Shown piece after piece: positions 59,757 to 64,000 of a DNA stretch of 64,000 nt (positions are counted from its first letter, which is position 1; every line of letters begins with the position of its first letter). The translations under genes and the position numbers were made by a program. The notes below the pieces were generated by a model, which saw only the letters and a list, made by a program, of their open reading frames with translations, did not search any database and was not told the origin of the DNA. Source of the stretch: Flavobacteriales bacterium (lineage in GTDB: Bacteria > Bacteroidota > Bacteroidia > Palsa-965). Location: assembly GCA_040377305.1 (NCBI GenBank), contig JBEIPA010000010.1, positions 123,960 to 187,959 on the forward strand. Direction: 5' to 3'.

Positions 59757-61301
59757 TTATTTAGCGATTCCTACTGCGCGCGTTTCACGGATCACAGTAA
59801 CACGTACTTGACCCGGATACGTCATCTCAGTCTGAATTTTCTGCGAAATGTCGAATGCGAGTTTCTCTGCGTCTTTGTCTGTGCATTTTTCTGATGCAAC
59901 AATAACGCGCAGTTCACGTCCCGCCTGAATTGCGTACGTCTTATCAACGCCAGGATATGAAAGCGCAAGCGCTTCCAGATCTTTCAGTCGCTTGATATAT
60001 TGTTCTACGATCTCGCGACGAGCACCAGGGCGCGCACCAGAGATAGCATCACACACCTGAACAATTGGAGAATACAATGAAGTCATTTCGATTTCATCGT
60101 GGTGAGCACCAATTGCGTTGCAAACTTCAGGTTTCTCTTTCGCTCTCTCTGCGATCTTCATCCCGAGAATCGCGTGTGGCAATTCCGGCTCGTCATCAGG
60201 AACTTTCCCGATATCGTGAAGAAGTCCTGCACGTTTTGCAACTTTTGGATTCAATCCAAGTTCAGTTGCCATGATTGCACACAGGTTTGCTACTTCGCGT
60301 GAGTGTTGCAGCAAATTCTGTCCGTAGGAAGAACGGTATTTCATACGACCGATCATTCGGATCAGTTCAGGATGTAATCCGTGAATTCCAAGATCAATTG
60401 TTGTACGTTTTCCTGTTTCAACAATTTCGTCTTCTACCTGCTTCTTCACTTTCTCCACAACCTCTTCGATACGTGCAGGGTGAATACGACCGTCGGTTAC
60501 AAGCTGGTGTAATGCCAAACGTGCAATCTCGCGGCGAACAGGATCAAATCCGGAAAGAATAATTGCTTCCGGCGTATCATCAACAACGATTTCAATTCCG
60601 GTTGCAGCTTCGAGCGCGCGGATGTTACGTCCTTCACGACCGATGATGCGTCCTTTCATTTCATCGCTCTCGATGTGGAAGATGGAAACTGAATTCTCCA
60701 CTGCATGCTCTGTTGCAACCCGCTGAATCGTTTGAATCACGATGCGTTTTGCTTCTTTGTTTGCAGTCATCTTCGCTTCGTCCATCATTTCTTTGATGTA
60801 CGACATTGAATCTGTTTTAGCTTCCGCTTTGAGTGATTCAACGATTTGTGCTTTCGCTTCTTCAGCAGAAATTCCGGAAATAGTTTCGAGTTGCTCAACC
60901 TGTTTGCGGTGAAGCTTATCGATTTCTTCCTGGCGCACTTTGATCATGTCGATCTGATGCTCGATTTCACGTTTACGTTTATCGAATTCGCCTTCCTTGC
61001 GTTTCACCTCTTCCAGTTTCTGGTTGAGCGTGGTCTCTTTTTGCTTAATACGATTTTCAGCTTGAGTCGCCTGGTTGTTGCGTTCGTTAATTGCTTTCTC
61101 GTGTTCTTGTTTCAGTTGCAGGAATTTCTCTTTTGCCTGGAGGAGTTTTTCTTTCTTAATTCCTTCTCCTTCTAATTCGGCCTGCTTAAGCTTGTCATTC
61201 GCTTTGCTGGTAACAGCGTTGCGAAGAACAGTAGCAGTAATGAGAACACCCACAAGCAGAGCTCCAAGACCAACTAAGACTGGAATGAGATACGGTGGCA
61301 T
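59757..61301 (-). CDS. rny: Ribonuclease Y
   Basis: N-terminal TM, coiled coil, KH ([13 protein letters not shown]), HD domain (LLHDIGK). Confidence 0.98.
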   Translation of the reverse strand: MPPYLIPVLVGLGALLVGVLITATVLRNAVTSKANDKLKQAELEGEGIKKEKLLQAKEKFLQLKQEHEKAINERNNQATQAENRIKQKETTLNQKLEEVKRKEGEFDKRKREIEHQIDMIKVRQEEIDKLHRKQVEQLETISGISAEEAKAQIVESLKAEAKTDSMSYIKEMMDEAKMTANKEAKRIVIQTIQRVATEHAVENSVSIFHIESDEMKGRIIGREGRNIRALEAATGIEIVVDDTPEAIILSGFDPVRREIARLALHQLVTDGRIHPARIEEVVEKVKKQVEDEIVETGKRTTIDLGIHGLHPELIRMIGRMKYRSSYGQNLLQHSREVANLCAIMATELGLNPKVAKRAGLLHDIGKVPDDEPELPHAILGMKIAERAKEKPEVCNAIGAHHDEIEMTSLYSPIVQVCDAISGARPGARREIVEQYIKRLKDLEALALSYPGVDKTYAIQAGRELRVIVASEKCTDKDAEKLAFDISQKIQTEMTYPGQVRVTVIRETRAVGIAK

Positions 61302-61428
61302 AATTGTGTTTTAGATGCGTTTTTTTGTCATCCTTCGACTTCGCTCAGGACATGGTTAACAAAAATCCGCCTTACAACCGCTGAATAGCTGTGTGATGTT
61401 ATGAAACCGTCAACAGTGTAATGTTAAC

Positions 61429-61475
61429 CAGTAGGCAGTAAGCAGTAGTGCAGTTGGCAGTCCAACTGCAGCTAA
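61429..61475. repeat. Heptamer array (CAGTAGG family)
   Basis: CAGTAGG CAGTAAG CAGTAGTG CAGTTGG CAGTC. Confidence 0.72.
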
Positions 61476-61781
61476 CTATGCACTAGCTGGTTTAGCCGCA
61501 AGGAAAGAGTCCATAAGTGCATTCATTTGAGTCAGGTTTGCAACGATGTCGTCCTGATTATCAATTGACTTCGACTTATTGTCAAGATATTGAGATGCGA
61601 ATTGAAGTGCAGTCATGGCAAGCAAATCCTGCTTGTCTTTTACGAGGTACGTTTGCTCCAGTTGAGCGACACGATCATTGATGCGTTTTGCTGCATCCAT
61701 AACCGAACTCTCTTCCTTCGCATCCACGGTGAGTGGATAAGTACGACCTGCAATTGTTATTTTGACTGACTTCTCGCTCAT
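61476..61781 (-). CDS. zapA: Cell division protein ZapA
   Basis: ITIAGRTYPL..EE..AA..IN..Y.VKDKQDLLAM; upstream of rny. Confidence 0.93.
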   Translation of the reverse strand: MSEKSVKITIAGRTYPLTVDAKEESSVMDAAKRINDRVAQLEQTYLVKDKQDLLAMTALQFASQYLDNKSKSIDNQDDIVANLTQMNALMDSFLAAKPASA

Positions 61782-61842
61782 TTTCTGAACATTTACCCGC
61801 GAACCAATGTTGTTGGGATAAACTCTCTTTCTTTAATCGGTG

Positions 61843-62136
61843 TTACCTGTTGAGTTGTGCAATACACTTATCGATTTCACGCACCAACTCGTTTATTCTA
61901 AGTTTTAAAGCAAGATTCTTTTCATTATCACCAGAAACGGCGCGCGCAATCTTGAGGCTTTTGTTCTTATTCTCAAGGTCTTTGTTCGCCAACTCCAGTT
62001 CTTCCACCCTGTTTTTCAATTGGTTAACTGCGTCTTTTAGGCGCTCGTTTTCCTTTTGCCGGGCTTCCAGCAAATGTAGGATTTTTTCGGTCTTTTTGAG
62101 GAGACCAGACGAGAGCTTGAGAGCAGAATCTGCCAA
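61843..62136 (-). CDS. Coiled-coil protein upstream of zapA (ZapB-like)
   Basis: Heptad coiled coil ending KLRINELVREIDKCIAQLN. Confidence 0.8.
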   Translation of the reverse strand: MADSALKLSSGLLKKTEKILHLLEARQKENERLKDAVNQLKNRVEELELANKDLENKNKSLKIARAVSGDNEKNLALKLRINELVREIDKCIAQLNR

Positions 62137-62218
62137 TTTTAACAGAGTTAAGAAGTACTTCGGCTAAGATAGGGGGAAATGGTAAGGATCAAAGGGTTAA
62201 AGATCCTCCGCATCCGGA

Positions 62219-62905
62219 CTATTGCAGATTGTAGCGGACTGGAACTATAAACTTGCATCTCACAGCCTTCCCATTTTTCATTGCGGGTTTGTGTCGTGGA
62301 AATCCTGAAATAACCCGAATGGACTCTTTGGTTAAGCCTGGTCCACCTTGAACTTCTTTGTGCGGCTTAATGTCTGTTACCATCCCGTTTTTACCGATGA
62401 CGTATGAAATGTAGACAGTTCCCATTACTCCAGTTTCCTTTTCCATTTGGGGATAACGAATGGTGTTCTGCAAATACCGTTGCAATGCGTAATCATCGCC
62501 GGGAAAAACCGGAACAGTATCCAGATCGTCTGCATCATAAGTAGTCGTATCATCGGAAGGCGGAGGAAGATGAACCAATGAATCGGGCAATGTGAACGAA
62601 ATCCAGAAGTTATTTCTATCTGTGTTCGGTCGACCATTTTTCGTTGCAGGAATCCATTTCGGCATGGAGAGAGCAAGGCGCTTAGCTTCAGTTAGAAATC
62701 CGTCTGAGCTTCCGAAAATGAAACTTGCGGAAGGATTAACAACCTTACCATCTTTTCTGATTTCAATATTAACGGAGACTAAGGCTTCGAGTCCTTGCTC
62801 GCGTTCTTGCTCGGGATATCGCACACTATCACGAATAAATTTCTCCATCGCCACCTTACCTCCGGGATAAGATGCCCAAACGTAATCCGGCACACCAGAA
62901 TACAA
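62219..62905 (-). CDS. Protein with two TonB C-terminal domains; its signal peptide appears to be in another frame (ATG 62957)
   Basis: Two FPGG..YP..G.V..I..DG..WIPA/HKPA..GK.V modules. Confidence 0.8.
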   Translation of the reverse strand: MYSGVPDYVWASYPGGKVAMEKFIRDSVRYPEQEREQGLEALVSVNIEIRKDGKVVNPSASFIFGSSDGFLTEAKRLALSMPKWIPATKNGRPNTDRNNFWISFTLPDSLVHLPPPSDDTTTYDADDLDTVPVFPGDDYALQRYLQNTIRYPQMEKETGVMGTVYISYVIGKNGMVTDIKPHKEVQGGPGLTKESIRVISGFPRHKPAMKNGKAVRCKFIVPVRYNLQ

Positions 62906-62963
62906 AAGCCAAACAGAATAAAAGTGCAGGCGGAAGAAAAAGGAAACGTCTACTCATAAGAAA

Positions 62964-63404
62964 TCAGTGAAGGCTAAACTTTAATGGAATGGTCATACTG
63001 ACGGTAACGGGTTTTCCATCCATGACACCCGGTTTCCAATTGGGCATTGCAGCTACAACTCTTATGGCTTCATCACACAAGTCGGGAGCTTTGGGTACAC
63101 CCTTTTGACATTTCACGTTTTGGATAGTGCCGTCTTTTCTCACTTCGAAATAAACATAAACTGTTCCTTCTCTACCATATTTCTTTGCTGAATCAGGATA
63201 GTGAATATTAGTTTGTAAATAACGTGTAAAAGCTTCCTGTCCTCCAGGAAATTGCGGCATCTCTTCAGCAAAACTTAATGTGGGCCCACCGGTATCACAT
63301 TTGGGTGGTGGTGGTGGTGGTGGTGGTGGTGGTGGTGCAATATCAGTTTGTGCGGAGAGCCTAGATGCGAACGCGAGCAAGCAAAGCGTTAGTATTGTTT
63401 TCAT
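62964..63404 (-). CDS. TonB C-terminal domain protein with poly-Pro linker
   Basis: Signal peptide, P11 tract, EEMPQFPGG..YP..EGTVYV.F.V..WKPG. Confidence 0.9.
   Translation of the reverse strand: MKTILTLCLLAFASRLSAQTDIAPPPPPPPPPPPKCDTGGPTLSFAEEMPQFPGGQEAFTRYLQTNIHYPDSAKKYGREGTVYVYFEVRKDGTIQNVKCQKGVPKAPDLCDEAIRVVAAMPNWKPGVMDGKPVTVSMTIPLKFSLH
63304..63336. repeat. (GGT)11 trinucleotide microsatellite encoding poly-Pro
   Basis: Uninterrupted 33-nt tract. Confidence 0.95.
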
Positions 63405-63435
63405 TTTAGTTGAACTGGATTGTTTTGTTCTTAAA

Positions 63436-63894
63436 CTAATGGTTCCTTTTTTTCTTACGACCCGTAAGCGTGAATCGAATTGGAACTGTCATCTCAACTC
63501 TTACTGGACGTTGGTTTATTTTCCCTGGTGTCCATGCTGGCATTTCCCGAATAACCCGCGCGGCCTCTTCGCCTAACGCCGGTGCTCCCGGAACTCCTTT
63601 CCGTATCCTAACACTATCAACACTTCCATCCTTATTAATAACAAAACTTATATATACGATTCCATCCTTTCCATTTCGCTTTTCATCAGCAGGATATACA
63701 ATATTCTCCCGCAAATAATCCTGAAATGCCTTTTCACCTCCGGGAAAGGAGGGCATAATTTCCGCAAATGCCAATACAGCATTCGTATCCTTCTTTGCAC
63801 CCGTAGTATCGTTAGTTACAACGGCCGGAGGAGCAGTTTGGGCCTGAGTGAACAGATAGACCAAAAGAAGAAGAGAGGTCAAAAAGGTTTTCAT
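63436..63894 (-). CDS. TonB C-terminal domain protein
   Basis: Signal peptide, EIMPSFPGG..YP..DGIVYISFVI..WTPG..PIRF. Confidence 0.9.
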   Translation of the reverse strand: MKTFLTSLLLLVYLFTQAQTAPPAVVTNDTTGAKKDTNAVLAFAEIMPSFPGGEKAFQDYLRENIVYPADEKRNGKDGIVYISFVINKDGSVDSVRIRKGVPGAPALGEEAARVIREMPAWTPGKINQRPVRVEMTVPIRFTLTGRKKKRNH

Positions 63895-64000
63895 TTCAGC
63901 GAAATTGAAATTCCACGGTTAAAACAATATTTATCCAGTCAAAAAATACCGGTAAGATCATGACAGTAAATTTTAGTAAATATTGCGATGGGCTGGTGCC

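Noticed and set aside
63280-63576. Poly-Gly plus-strand ORF
   Set aside because: Opposite-strand reading of the poly-Pro tract
1-64000. Prophage, IS, integron, defence system, tRNA or rRNA
   Set aside because: No integrase, transposase, reverse transcriptase, nuclease-defence or structural RNA signature recognised by eye

Overview
This is chromosomal DNA from a Bacteroidota bacterium, judged from T9SS C-terminal sorting domains, TAnnTTTG -7 promoters, bshC, an S46 peptidase and DUF4295/DUF4197/DUF4199 genes. No rRNA, tRNA, CRISPR array, transposase or phage gene could be seen. The housekeeping backbone is rplS, rimO, ftsY, rpmG, rpmB, cinA, rny and zapA. The usual cinA-rpmB-rpmG-DUF4295-ftsY-rimO block is split by three accessory inserts: an MBOAT/DHHW/SGNH-LysM O-acylation operon plus a WG-repeat gene; a T9SS protein with exported SixA and PepP; and three tandem PP2C/SpoIIE sensor phosphatases. 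The window also holds a beta-propeller histidine kinase with a NarL-type regulator and a readable operator, two USP genes, a ~17 kb Wzm/Wzt-type surface-glycan cluster and three tandem TonB_C proteins. The most unusual signals are non-coding: (i) many intergenic 7-, 8- and 9-mer tandem arrays, often as inverted pairs; (ii) two large nested palindromic REP/REPIN-like elements; (iii) at least 11 genes whose -7 promoter box lies only 3-6 nt from the start codon, suggesting widespread leaderless mRNAs. All calls come from reading motifs by eye; no database search was run.
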